DNA from: Lama glama
Taxonomy: Eukaryota
Direction: 5' to 3'
NCBI GenBank assembly: GCA_028534125.1
Contig: CM052816.1
Location: 98,582,001 to 98,646,000, forward strand
DNA: 64,000 nucleotides
Notes under the pieces: generated by a model
What the model was told of the DNA's origin: nothing
The model's database searches: none
What the model saw: only the letters and a program-made list of their open reading frames with translations
Translations under genes and position numbers: made by a program
Shown here: positions 24,930 to 38,105 of the stretch, piece after piece
Position numbering within the stretch: the first letter of the stretch is position 1
Layout of the letters: every line of letters begins with the position of its first letter

Positions 24930-27310
24930 TGTGCAGTTTCAAGAATACACACACATTGATAAGGTCTTTTAAATTTATACAAACATGCACCTTTTCTGGT
25001 GATCTTCATTGCTTCCTACAGATTCAGGGTTGAATCCGATACAATTTTTCTTTAGCCCGCAAAAATTATTTCAGTGTTTCTTGCAGAGAAATTTTGACAG
25101 AGAGAGATTCTCCCAGCTTTCATCTCTAAAAATGTATTTATCTTGCCTCTAATTTTTTAAATTTATCTTTTTACTTTGGGACAATAGCAGACTCACATGT
25201 AAGGTTAAGAAATACAGAGAGTCCATGTATCCTTTACTCATTGGTTTCCTCCAGCGATAACACCTTACACCTTACAGAACCATGTGCAACATTGCCAGGA
25301 TGTTGGCACAGATGCAATGCCAGTGGAACTTCCGACACTGAAAAGATCTCTCATGTTGCCCTCTCTCCTCTCTCCCCATCGATGACCCCTAGTAACCACC
25401 AATCTGTCTCCCATTTCATAATTTTGCCATTTCAAGAATGAAATTATACAACACGTAACAGTTTGAGATTGGCTTACCTTTACTTGTAAGGCTGTTCTTG
25501 TAGCATATGGAACTCTAGGTTGATGTTTGTTTGTGTATGTATGGGATGCGTGTGTGTGTGCACACATGCGTGTCCTTTGTATTTTTCCTGAATGGTGTTT
25601 TCTGAGCTTTTTGGATTTATGGGTTGATGTTTTTCATCAATTTTAGACCATTCTCAGCAAAATTCTCATTAAATATTTATTTTTCTTCTCTTTTCTCCTT
25701 GGGCTTCAATTACCGATATATTGGGCCGTGTGATATTGTCCCATAAGTTAAGACATACTTATCTATTCTGTTCTGTATTTTTCTCTTTTTTTTTTGGTTT
25801 GGTTTGGTTTACTTTTTTGTTTGCTATTGTTTCCTCTTTGCATTTTAGTCTGAACGGTTTCAGTTCACCTGTCCTCGTCCGCAGGTTCACGCCTTATTTC
25901 CTCCGCTGGGTCATTGTGCTGTTAAACCCAATAAAATATGTATTTCTGATACTGTATTTCTCATTTCCAGAACTTCTGCTTGGTTTATTTTTGTAATGGC
26001 TGTGTATCTGCTGAAATTCACCATCTCCTCATCCATACTGTACACAATTTCTACTAGATCTTTTAGCAAATTTCTAGGTATTTTAAAGCTCCTCTCGAAT
26101 AATTCCAGTATCTGGTCTCCCTACAGTTCTGCTTCTATTAACTGTCTTCTTCCTTCCTCATGAGGTGTCAGAACAGGAGAGGCTGACGTAATGTTTCCCT
26201 TTAGAAAAGAGCTTTCTTTCTTGTGTCAGGTCACTGGCCTGGAGTGACTGAGTCAACTTGTTCTATAATTAAGCTGGGTCTGAACTTTCGGGCAAGCTTA
26301 GCTGGTTTCAGTTCACTGCTAGCTGCAAGGATTTTGAGGGTGGGCTCAGGACTTTCCATTCTGCGGTAATTTTGGCGTGAACGCTAGCAAGATTCTCCAA
26401 ATTGATTCATGCTTTCCACACCATGATAGCTCTCCTTCCGATTTACGACTTGACTAACAGCACTGTAGGCTGTTGGAGCGCTCTCTTCGCTTTCCTGGCC
26501 GGCCCCAGGCTCTGGACCCGTGTGAAGGTCTGGTTCTGCTTGGCCAGCCTTGGAGGGATCCCTTTCAGCGCTCCTGCCCCTCCTGCAGCGAGGTCAGTGG
26601 GGACCCTGAAGTGTTGGGGGGAGGACGCCCGGGCCTCCTGCTCGTGCCCAGTCGTGGCAGCTGCAATTCCAGGCAGTCTTTGGCTGCCCTGTTTCAGTTC
26701 TCACACTCTGATTCTCCCCCCTTTCGTGGCTGCATCAGCTCTCTGGTTTAGAAAGACCGTGATTTTGCAGCTCATCCATCTTGTTTGGGTTCCTGAGAGC
26801 AACATTCTACATTCTAACCAAAGAGACATCGTCTGCATCTCTTACCTTCTCTCTGTTTTCTCTCATTTTGTCTCTCTGAGTTATTTTCTGGGTAATTACT
26901 GCCAGAGAAATTTTATACCAATATCTCATCTTTTGAAGCTAATCTGCTCTTATCCTGTCCCTTGGCTTCATACTTGGAAATAAACGTGTGTGGGCGTATC
27001 TGTATCTTTTTTGTTTTTAGAAGTTCTATTTTGTTCTTCTTCAAATCTGCTGTCTCATAAATTTTTACAATCTCTTATTCTTTTGTCACACTTTCATATT
27101 CCCCTACTATCTTTAAAACAAATTAAAGACAATTATTTTATGTGTTCTAAACCAGATAAATAAAACATATACAACTTCCATAAATCTGACAACAAACAGT
27201 TTGTTGTCTCTGGGTTTATTTCTCATCTGTTTAATAATTTGGTGGGTATGGGTATGAATTCATGCTCCTTGGAACTTTATCTGTAGTGATTCTTCAAAGA
27301 CGGTTTAGAA
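24930..27310 (-). mobile_element. Patchy ancient L1 (L1MC/MD/ME-like) fragments
   Basis: T-rich antisense L1-like sequence, e.g. cagactcacatg...aagaaatacagagagtccatgtatcctttac and ccccta gtaaccaccaatctgtctcc. Boundaries are uncertain. Confidence 0.5.
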
Positions 27311-27483
27311 AGAGCTTTTCTCTGACGAGGATGTGCACTTGCCTTTCCTGGGGGCATTAGTGCTGCTGAATTGGGGGCCCTGTAAACTAATTTGGAGAGA
27401 CTGGGGCCACGTAGGTGGTGTCATTCCTGCCCAGGCTCCCATGAGTACGGGACTTCGGGTAGAAATTCTCATGCAAGATACTG

Positions 27484-27530
27484 GTGAGTGTGTGTGCATG
27501 TGTGTGTGCGTGTGTGCGTGTGTGTGTGTA
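27484..27530. repeat. Imperfect (TG)n microsatellite
   Basis: gtgagtgtgtgtgcatgtgtgtgtgcgtgtgtgcgtgtgtgtgt. Confidence 0.9.
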
Positions 27531-28589
27531 GTTTTTCTAGCTTTGCCCACAGCTAGGATGGAGGGAGGTGCGGGTGTTCCCGTACCTGCCTTCTCCTTCT
27601 GTGGATTTTTTCTTGGCTTGACCCAAGGGTTTATGGGTTTATGGGGCGGAGTTGTCGGTGATGAGAACACGTTCTTCTGGCCCAAGGCCTTGTCTCCTGT
27701 GACCATCCTCAACAGGAAGGCCCTTAAACCTCAACCTGTTTGCCATCCAAGACCCGTTTCTTCCCTTCCGTTCCCATCCAGGCCTGTGATCCCTCCCACT
27801 GTGGATTCCAGTTTCCTTGTCCTTTCTTCCCTGTGGGAGAGTCACTTATTTTCTGTGGGCTCAACTGTGCATTATATTGTAAATATTTTATCCAGCATTT
27901 TCAGCTGCGCTCTGTCTGCACTTCTGCAGGGTCCCCCCTTTAGCTCCCATTTCCGCCGTGCTCTCCTGACCACGGGTGGGCGTGTTCACAGGTTCCAGGG
28001 GCCCCCGGGAGGCATATTTTTAAAGCACACCTCAGGGTTTGGGTGCGTGGGCGGAAGTGTGTGTCCTGGGACAAGGTGGCCACACGCTCACGTGGGTGTG
28101 CGCCGTGCAGAATTCCCCAGGGGAGCGCCTGCCCCCTCCTCCGGCCGCTGGCCCACTGCGGCTTCACAAACGCCGCGTTAAAGTGAGCTTCACGTTAGCC
28201 TTCCGTCTGGTAGCTGTGAACGCCGACATGAAAGTAGATACTTTACTAAGTTTAAAAGTAAATGTGTCACTGCTACGAAGTTACTGTTTTAAATCTCAAA
28301 TCAGCCCTTATGACATAAAGGACAATACTTAAGTTACTTCTAATTTTAAATTAATTGTTGGGCAGAAACATGTATTTTAAATAATGACTAAAAACTGCTG
28401 TTAATTGCTCTCAGAGGCTTTTGTGAGTGAAATGTCGAATAAATCTGTGCAAGATTAATAACTGAGAAGGGAAATGCATCGTCAAATCTGGACTCCTACA
28501 CACACATTGTGAGAGAGTCCGGGGTGAAATCATCCGACAGAGTGGAAGTGACTGTGAAGTTCCTGGTACCTGCTGGTTTCCCCTTTCCG

Positions 28590-29150
28590 CAGAGGAGGGG
28601 AAGCCCGCCCCGTGGACGCACGAACGGGGCGGGGAGCCTGAGGCCCAGCTTGCGCCTGGCCTCTGCCTCGCCAGCCCGCCCCGAGCTCCGCGCCGCCCCG
28701 CGGCCCTCGCACCTGGCAGGGGCCCGATCGGTGCTGAGGTCACCCGGGGACGGCCGCGGGGACGGCCGCTGGGGCCGGGGCGCAGCCGGCGCTGATCGCG
28801 CTCTGGGCCACCGCGTGTCCTCTGCCTCGAGCAGTCGGCTGGCCGTCCTGCTCTAAAGGTGGGGAGCACCAGGCCCCCATCTTTCTTCTTCCAAGAGACA
28901 AGGGAAGCGGCTGTAAACCAAGTCTGGCCTTTCTGCCACTTGCCCCATCTGCTCAGCCTAACGCGGTGAAACGCGGGCTCTGGACGGGAAGCGCGCCTCA
29001 GCCCCGGCACGGCGCGCCGCCCGGGGGCCAGCCGCCGCCGCGGGTCTCCTCGGCTCCACTCAGTGTTCTTGGCGAGTCACATTCCGCCGGCACTGAGGTC
29101 ACCTCGCCGCCCGGCCCGGCGTGGGACGCCCGCGGGGATCACAGCAGTGC
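28590..29150. promoter_or_regulatory. Orphan CpG island (promoter- or enhancer-like)
   Basis: Very GC- and CpG-dense block in an otherwise CpG-depleted region. GC box GGGGCGGGG at 28626-28634 and many CGCG/GCGC sites. No recognisable coding exon. Confidence 0.7.
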
Positions 29151-30387
29151 CTGATTTCCAGCAGGCTCCGAGGAAGACAGAGATACAGCAGTCCTCTATT
29201 TTAAAAATTAGTAGTTTGTCTTGACAAACTACCAAGAAAAATCTATAAAAAGTTAATCAGTTGAAATCAGTGGCACATAATTGCTGATAGTTAACAAAGA
29301 ATATTGTGATACCTGTGCAGGAACTCGGCACATTGAAAGCAAACCCCCACTCTCCCAACACCCCCCATCCAAAAAAAAAAAAAAAGAGAAAAGAGAAACA
29401 ACAGAAACAACAACAGGAAAACAATGAAGGCAACTAAAGCAATCACAGGAATTTCGTTCCGATGGTGAGCGAACACTAGCGGTGTCCACTGACAAACGAC
29501 CAGGACCCCACTGGGGTCACAGACTGAACCGTGGCCTTTGCCAACACAAAGACACGTCGCCAAGGCTGAACATCTCCTGCGCGCAGATTCTCAGTGTCTG
29601 CAGCGGATTTCTGCAGGCGCGTTATTTGTATTTTCTAGAGAAAAAAGTTTGAGCCCCACCAAGATTTCCGGGGTGACCCGTAAAAATATTTATGGTATCT
29701 GCACGGCTTGTTTCATCATTGCTACACTAAGACAGAAGACGAGGCCCAGGGGTGCAAAGAGCCACGTGAAGTCACAAAGGAAGACAGGTCGACTGCCTCG
29801 GCGTTACCCCAGCCCCGCCCCGCGCTCCCCAGCCCCACCGCTGTAGCTCCAGGTGAGCTGCGGTGTGCGACCAGGCCGAAAGGTAAGGGTGTAATTGCTC
29901 AACACTCGCTCAAAACCTCTGCGCTGGAAGCTCCCTCCCAGGCCCTCCAGAGCGCGGCCACCACCAGCTGAAGCAGTCTTTGCTCCATGGAAGTTTCCTC
30001 CTTAGAACACGCCGGGAGCACGTTTGGAAAAAAGAAAGCAGTAGGTTCATGTGAAAGACACCTCTGCGTCCTTTTGTCTCTTCTCTCTCCTGAGCCTGTG
30101 TTTATGTGTCTGGGTGTAGGAAGGTCTCCGGACCAGCGGATGGTTCTGGGCTCATGACCAAGGTGCAAAGCGCCCCCTGCCGGGAAGGCCAGGTGACTGC
30201 AGGCCCCAGCTCCGAGGAGAGGAAGAGAACTGAGGTCAACATTGAAGCACTTGCGTGGGATTTAAAAAAAAAAACTCAACTTGAGACAGCAGGCACAAGG
30301 GTTTTCTTAAGGTGGCTTTTTCTCTCTCCTTTCCCCGCACTCGGTCAGATGGTGGGAAGTGAGTGGAAAGGAATGCCAGGTGAGGAC

Positions 30388-30882
30388 TGTCAACTGAAAA
30401 CAATGCACAACCTAGAAGTTGAGAGTTACGCTTCACTTGGGGGAATTCCTGAGGACTTAAGCCTGAGGTGTAGCCTTTTAGATGGCTCTGAGGGGCCGCT
30501 CCGAAGAGGCCAGGGAGGATCCAGGATATATAGGAGTTTTTGCAACAAAGATCAGGTAGTTGGGACATCAAAAGATTTCTGTTAAAGAAAACAAGGTATC
30601 TCGAGTTACGGAATTTGGTGCTCTTCTATGTACGGGAAGATGCAACAGTCTGCGCTCACTGAAATCTCTCCTTTGATGTGCACCGAGCTGTCCGGGGCTG
30701 GTGTCCTGTTCATTCCCATCCTGAGGCCCCTCAGGGGGCACCGTGCGGGCGGCAGCAGAGGCCCAGCTGCCTGCTGGTCTCCATCCTGAGTTCCCTCCCC
30801 TCCCCTTGCTGTCGGGGGTGGTGGTAGCAGCTGAGGACAGTGTCCTTTGTTTACTACATGGCTGCAATATTTTTCATTCACA
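30388..30882 (-). mobile_element. Full-length ERV1 solo LTR (MER41-like), 495 bp
   Basis: TG...CA termini with a perfect 4-bp TSD GGAC (30384-30387 and 30883-30886). TATA box tatata at 30527-30532. The internal ctatgtacgggaagatgcaa...gctcactgaaatc...cctttgat block resembles MER41-family LTRs. Confidence 0.85.
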
Positions 30883-31129
30883 GGACAAAATGCAAAGCTC
30901 AACGTATGAAAGCAAACCCTTCACAATCAGATTTCCTTTTCTTAAGTGTTTTAAAAACGGGATGTACAGCTAAAGAAAGCCAGAAAAAAAGTGAACTTAC
31001 GGTTTATGAAATTGTAGCTCTTTTGATGCCAATATTTCTATTTAGAAATTAAAAGCTATGCATTTTAAAATTGCATGAAAATCCAGAAAACTCATTTCCT
31101 CTTCAGGGTAAGGAAAAGCACAAATCACA

Positions 31130-31400
31130 TGCTGATAAAGAACTTGTATCCACAATATAAAAGGGACTCTCAAATTCTATGGTAAAAAGGCAAGAACTGA
31201 CTCAATAAAAAAGTGGGCAACAGATTTGAACAGACATTTTAGCAAAGAAAGATGTACGATGACAAAAACGCATGAAAATGCTCAACATCACTTTTGCCAG
31301 CGTTTGGCAAGATGTGTCTTTTCAACATCAAAAGGCAGATTAGTGCCCGTGGCTTAAATTCGCATTTCTCTCATGACGAATGATGCTGAGCATAAAGCAC
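31130..31400. mobile_element. L1M fragments (sense, then antisense)
   Basis: ctgataaagaacttgtatcc...gatttgaacagacatttt...atgctcaacatca, then ttaaattcgcatttctctcatgacgaatgatgctgagca. Confidence 0.6.
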
Positions 31401-31530
31401 TTCTTCAGCTTTTAAGGCGGCATGTCTGGTTCTCCTGGTCTCTCCCTTGCTTGATGACACGGCTCTGCAACCGACAGCATGACTCTGGGGCGCAACTGTC
31501 ACCACAACAGAACCCAACTCTGCTCTTCTT

Positions 31531-31890
31531 TTCTTTTTAATTGAAGTATAGTTGATTTACAATGTTGTGTTAATTTCAGGTGTACAGCAAGGTGATTCAG
31601 ATTATATATATATATACACACGTATATGTATATGTGTGTATATATATATAATTTTTCAGATTCTTTCTCATTATAGGCTATTACAAGCTTTCAATACAGT
31701 TCCCTGTGCTGTACGGGAGGTTCTTGTTCTTTATTTTACATACAGTGATGTGTAACTGTTAATCCCAAACTCCTAAGTTATCCTACTCTCCTTTTCCCAT
31801 TTGGTAACCATAAATTTGTTTTCTGTGTCTGTGAGTCTCTCTCTGTTTTGAAAATTAGTTCATTTGTATCATTGTTTAGATTCCACATAC
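31531..31890 (-). mobile_element. LINE-1 3' UTR end with (TA)n
   Basis: ttttaattgaagtatagttgatttacaatgttgtgttaatttcaggtgtacagc...ttagattccacat. Same L1 type as 9753-10295. Confidence 0.88.
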
Positions 31891-34800
31891 ACTTTTCTAG
31901 ATATTCGCATGCGAACAAGACTCCAGAGGCAGGAAACGCCCCACACTGGCAGGTTCTCCTCGGGGTGACGTGGGAGCAGGAGCCTGAGCTGAAGTCCTGC
32001 TGGCCTCTGGATCAACGACCGATGTGCGCTCCCCAAAGGGATGGTGCCTTGGGGTCACGTGACCTTGGCCCTCCTCTGCAGGGTCAGGACAGTGGGGGCA
32101 GGGGACTCCACTCAGAAAAAGAAGCCCCTGCAGGCTAACTGCCTCTGTGAGAACTCACTCCTCTTTCTCCAGAAACTTACTATTTTTTCTCCAAAGGTGA
32201 AGCAATGGTTGAAAAAACTAGAGGGATATAGGGCAGCAGATCTCCCTCCCGCAGAAGCACACTGACGCCCAAGGTCTTCCTACGAAGGCTGCTCCTGGAG
32301 GTCGGATTTGGACTGTCCAAACGCTTGCAAACATGACCGTGGTTTTCTCTTAAAAATCCCCAGTTATCCGCAGGCACCTGACAGACGGGCCGGAGGAGGC
32401 AGGTGGGCCAGGTCCCCCACCGAGGGCCACGCCGGGCAGGGAGTCAGGCAGGGCAGCGCCGGGCACTCGTATTTGGGGCTTCACCGCCTTGTCAGTCACC
32501 CCCTAGCTTCAGGCCCCTCCTGAGTCCGAGTGACCAAGGCGCCTTCAGCACAGCAGGAGCGGAGCAGATGTGAGTGGGCACGGTGACGCAGGCTCACCCG
32601 TGCGTGGCACAAGGTGACCTCATCATAAAGGCGCCGACTGCCTCTAAAAGCCAGCCCCTGAGACAGCACAGGTGCTGTTTTTCTTTAAGAACTGTCACAA
32701 AACATGAAACGCGATTTTTATTCAGAAATCAGAATGGTCACCTCCTCTCAGGCTTTGCTGCGTCTCTATTAAGGCTCCTTTGAAGAAGCTAACTGAGGTT
32801 GGCCTGGAGTTTAGGGAACACAAACGTCCTTGGAGTCAGGAGCTGCGGTGTTTGTGCTGCCTGGGGTGACAGCTGGGTGGAGAGCCCGCAACACTCGCCT
32901 GCCCCCCAGAGTCAGTGGGGAGCAGAGGCGAGGTGGGGGCATGTGGGGCTCCCCTCCCTCGGGGGACAAGAGGACAGCAGCCCCGGGGAGAGGGGCAGAG
33001 CAGAGGGACAGCCCTCCAGACCTGATTTCCTGGCAGGGTCGGCTGCTCAGTTAACCCGAAGTGCTCCCTTGCCCGCGCCTTCCACCCTAGGGGACAACTT
33101 CCCCAGTGGAAAAGCAGGTGGGAGACAGGGGAAGTGTCTGCGTCTGTTGCTACCCTCCGGGGACCTCAGGAGGGGAGCGGAGCAGGTGAGGCCCTTAGGT
33201 TCTGGCTCCATCGGCAGGAGCCGGGGGTGGGCACAGGACCCTCACCTCTGTGGACCTGGGGTCTCTGGAAGGAAGCCCAGAGCCTGGTTACACAGCTCCT
33301 GGGAAATCAGGGCCTGAGCAACAGGGACAGACATTCCAGCGTGTGACCTGTTTTGACATTTCATTCACTACATGCACACAAAACTAGGATGAAAAGATTA
33401 AATCAGATAATAAAACACGTTGAATTACACCTTAACCCATTAAAATGGACATTTAATAATACAAATTTACATATAAGAACACGGCAGCCAAGAGGGGCCC
33501 TTCTGTGAAAGCCAAGGGTGGTGGGGTCAGGGTCGGGGTTCACTTCTCCCACCCCCCATTTCCTCCTCTGTGGAGTTTTGTCAGTTGAACACTCACGATT
33601 TAGGGTGAAATTATCTCTCAAGCAGCAATCAATGGTTATTTGTTAGGGAAAAATAACATTTTTAAAGATGACATAAAAAAATGAAAAACAAGAGACAGGG
33701 ACTAGATTCAGTTCCAGAGGGTGGAAGGCAGTTAATGTGCACACCTCGTCTTCTCCCAAATTCCCACTGACACGGGTCAGGAAGGGGACAGCGGCCAGGC
33801 TACCTGGACAGCGGAGATCTGACCTGAACACAGAGGGGCCGGGAGAACAGGTGGTGCCCAGGGCAGGACAGGGCTCCCCTGCTGCAGGGAGCACGTGTCT
33901 CACCTGGAGGCTCGCACACACCAGATGGCCCCCATGTGAGGCCGTGCCCTGTGAGAACCGCTGGTCTGGGGGTCAGCCCGCCTCACATCCCGCCTTGTCC
34001 CCAGGATCCAGCCCCTGAACAGGTGCCCGGGCAGCACCACCGTTCCCAGCAGAAGCAGAGCCCCGCGGAGGGCCGGCTCCAAGCACGGGCAGGAAGCCCT
34101 GGTCCTACAGACCTTCCCCAGACCTGAAGTCCTTCATAAATGGATGCTTCCATTTTCATAAAACTGGGTTGAACCCTGTCTCACAGCTTCTCACTCACCA
34201 TTCTGTCTTTGCCTACGTGGTTACAACACTTTTGCTAACAAACTGACTACAATACGGTGGCGGCTCTTTAGTTCATAACAACAACGGGAGCACACGAAGG
34301 CAGATGTCATGCTGTTAAAGCAGGTCTTCCTTAAAATTCTCTTTAGAGGCAAGAAAAGGGACTTCCCGTTTGCTTCACAAGCAAAACGAGCACACTGAAT
34401 TTCTCTGAGAAGGTGTCAGGCAAAGGAAGAGTAAGAGAGGAAAGCGTTTAAGCTAATGGCTCTGTCTTACTCTCCAAAGTCCCTCAGATTTCTGGAACAC
34501 CCCTCTGGGAGACTCCTGCGTCCTCAGTCGCAGCGAGGCGGCCTGGTCAGACGAGCCGTGCGCACCACGGGGTCCGCGCCGTGGCTCCACAGGACGGCAG
34601 GTGTCGGGGTGCGGTGTGAAAGCAGCTGATGCGTCCCCGTGGGCAGGGGACCCAGTCAGCTTCACCCACGCCGTCCAGCGTGTGTCACAGAACCGTCCTC
34701 CCACCGTCACTCTCACACCTGGCACTTTCTTTTTTCGGTCAAAGCATTCTGCTTTAGGATCATTAAAAAATATCCAGGAAAGAACCTGACCAAACAGGGA

Positions 34801-37219
34801 AAGTATTTGCTTCTACTTATTCGGGGGGGGGGGCGGGGGGGCTGTTATCTCGAATACCGCTGAGTCTACGTGTTACTCTCGCCACCTGTTTTTCCTACTT
34901 GCTTCTGGACATAATGGGCCAAGGCAGTAAAGCTCATTCTCTTCAAGGCTCAAAATATGAACGGAAAGGCTCCCAGAGAGCAAACTGCAGCCCCAGGGGC
35001 CCTTTGTGCGCTGGTCGCTGCTGTTCACAGTGGGGCCACGGCGCCCCCTAACGGCCACCGCGTCCAAGGACACAGCGTCGCTACAGTGAAAATCTGAGAG
35101 ATGCGGCCACATCCTACCCTAATAAGCAAAGCGAGCAGTGTGACCTGGCATTCTTGGGGGGCGGCGGGGATCACAGCCTGAAGTGTCACCTACAGGCTGA
35201 CTTCGTGCTTGGAGTGAAAAGCGGGGGCCCCCCTAGGAATGTGCATGAGGACAAGGCCCAGACGTCCACTAAGAACACTGCCGTCACCTGCCCTCACCGC
35301 ACGGCTGCAGGCAGGGCGGGCCAGGCCCCCCCACGCCCCGTCCGGGCTGCCTGCAGGGCCAGCCCGAGCCCCTGGCCCCGTGCGCCTCCCGGGCCCACAG
35401 GCTGACGCCGGCCTGAAGCCCCGCCCAACCCCAGGGCTCACAGGCTTACCCACCTTTTCGTGTTTATTCAGCTTTTTTAAATGATAAAACTCTACAACAT
35501 CTGCCTGGGGACCAGAAACTGAATTTAACAACAGCTTAAAACTGCTTCACCCTCTGAGGGAGACCCTGAGCAGGCTCAGGCCTGTGGTGTCAGCGCCGTG
35601 CTGACGAGGGGCTTCCGCACCCGGGGTGGGGACTGTCAGGTGCACCTCACCCCCAGTTAGAACGCGTGCAACTGTAGAGCTTAAACTAATGTTTGAACCA
35701 TACGATAAATCTATTCTCCGGGCGCATCTTCCCCAAAACTGAGTCTGCAGACCTGCTCTCTCCCTCACCCCTCTGACCCCGCAGCGTTCTCCAAGCCCCT
35801 CTTCCCTGGGAAATGCCCACGGGCTCACCACACCCGCAGGAAGCAGAGGCCACCCACCTCCCCGCTCCTCCCCTGGTGGCTCCGGCGGTCGGCTGCCTGC
35901 CTCTGGCCTTCCAGGCTCCGGCAAGGGAGCAGCCAAGCTGCTGCACCACCACCTCCTGCCCTGGGGGGGTCTCCTCCTCCTCCCTCTCCCACATAGCTTC
36001 AAACCACAGAGGTGCTGAGCCAGGAACTTACCTTTCTCTCTAGGTGACCACGCATGCATGCGCACGCACTCCCAGCTTTAAACAGCCTCCAAGCTCTTAC
36101 CCACTTCCTAACTTTTGCCCCTTCTTGCCTGAACTCCAGCCTTTTGCCGGTAAAGGCTCCCTGTCACCTCCACTTGGATGTCTCATGTCCCAAACATACA
36201 CCTAGGGTTTGTGTCCCCAAACCCAGGTGCCCAAATCAACACCCTGGCAATCTTGATTCCCACCTGTCCATCACCCCCAGGCCACAAACTCAACACTGAT
36301 TCCACCTCCAAGACCCATGTGACACCCACCCCGATGGTCTGCACGGCCACCAGCACCATGAGCGCCGACTCCTGGATAAGCCTGCTCCACGCCTCGCCCC
36401 CCCTTCCCCGTCACAGAGCAGCCTGGTGAGCTGTGCTCATCTGACGCCTCTGCTCAAACCTCCCGACCAGCGAGTGTGACCAAGCCCAGGGCTGCCCAGG
36501 TCCCAGTGACTGGTGGTTTACCCGTGTCACCGAACAAAGGAACCTCGCCCCCTTACATAGCATGTTCTGCCCACACCAGCCCCTTGCCCACGCATGGCAG
36601 GCTCTTTCCCTCTGAGAGCAGAGCCGTGCACACCTGTCCCGGACACCTGTCAGGGTGCCCTCCTTTCCAGGCAGGTCCCACCTCTCAGGTCTCTTCCTCA
36701 GAGGGACCCTCCTTAGCCAAAAGAGACAGAGAGGGGTCTCCCACTCTCCTACCACAGACCCCCATGTCTCCCTCACTGCACTTACTGACATTTTTGACTG
36801 TTCACTGATCAGGGTGCCTGGGCAGGGTTCTTCTCTACCAGCTGATCACCAGCTCCTCTCAGCAAGGCCCTGGCTCAGAGCACATGCTCACTAAGCAGTG
36901 GCAGAAAGAAGCAACACACCAACCACAGCCTGCAAAGGGCAAGGCAGAGCTGTTTATAAATCTGTTCGTGATAATCACTTAAAAACAGGAGGAGGGAGTG
37001 ACAACACAATTGTCAAAGGGCAGTGACTGCAGTTAGACGGACAAACCCAGGACGGAGGGCCAACGGTGTCTGCTATCACTAAGAGTCCCCGGGAGAACAC
37101 GGAAAATCAGCTAAGCACTGGCAGTGACCACGCCTCTACCCGGGGGGGTCTCCTCTGGAGGCCGCTGCTCTCCGGCTTTGCTTTAGTGCAGTTTTCTCTT
37201 CAACTTTGGTTGGAACAGA

Positions 37220-38105
37220 AGTAAGGCCATGTGCCACTCTTTATTCATCAGGACAATAATGTGCATGGCTTACTTTTATTTTTTATTATAAAAAACACAT
37301 ACAAGAGTTTTAAGAAATGATGAAAATACGACAATCAGGACCATGGTGAGTTATTAAACCCATTTCTATGTACAAACACTAAAATTCCGAAAGTGGAACA
37401 CCATCAAATGTGAGACACATCATAGCTGCTCACGTGCACACGGCGCGCGCAGGGGCGTGCCCGCCGGCGCCTGTCTGCACACGCTCACGCAGGCGCCCGC
37501 GGGGACTTCTGCTCTGCTCCTTTTCCTGACACGTAGTTAAATATTTTTAAGGACTTTAGAGATATGAAGAAATGCACTAACGTGGGTTTCTAAAGGCTCT
37601 CCCTGTTTTATTTACTCTGATCAGCTGCGCACGACACCTGGAGGGGAACTCTGCAGCCCATTTCCAGCTAAGACAGCAGACGGGCCTCCCAGCTTTTGGG
37701 CCACCTCATTTTTTCCTAGTCAGTCATTTGGGCACAAAGTCCAAAATTGGCTCAGGAACCAAATCAATGTTTTTATATTAAATTCATTACAAAATGCCAC
37801 TCAATTTTAAAAAGCGACTAAAAGGACACTTTCTGCAGCAAAAAAAGGGCTAAGTTCAAGTTTTTGTTGTTTGACCAAGACACAACGAAACACAATGCAT
37901 ACGTCACAAGATCACTGATGAGATGTATGTGGTCTGGGGGAAAACAGCCTCTGCGCGCTCCCCTGCCTCTGCCACAGAGAGGAGAGCCTCTCGGCGCCTT
38001 TTTCTCCCTCAGGTCTCGTTCTCTGCAACCTTGGTCTGCATCCTGACGCGGACTGATCTGCTCCCGCCGGGACGCGGGAAGGCACTTCTCCAGGCGCGAG
38101 CCGGG
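37220..38105 (-). other. ICE1: ICE1 3' UTR (3' end approximate)
   Basis: Runs from the stop codon to a cluster of minus-strand AATAAA hexamers. Contains AU-rich blocks and a UGUACAUA element. Confidence 0.75.
37240..37287 (-). terminator. Polyadenylation signal cluster (three AATAAA on the minus strand)
   Basis: tttatt at 37240-37245, 37275-37280 and 37282-37287, with an upstream UGUA motif. A further AATAAA lies at 37607-37612. Confidence 0.7.

Noticed and set aside
27333..28181. 282-aa plus-strand ORF
   Set aside because: It runs through a (TG)n microsatellite (CVCMCVCV) and GC-rich DNA, with no recognisable domain or splice structure.
28411..29010. 199-aa Arg/Gly/Pro-rich ORF over the CpG island
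   Set aside because: GC-rich DNA is depleted of stop codons, and the peptide has no recognisable homology.
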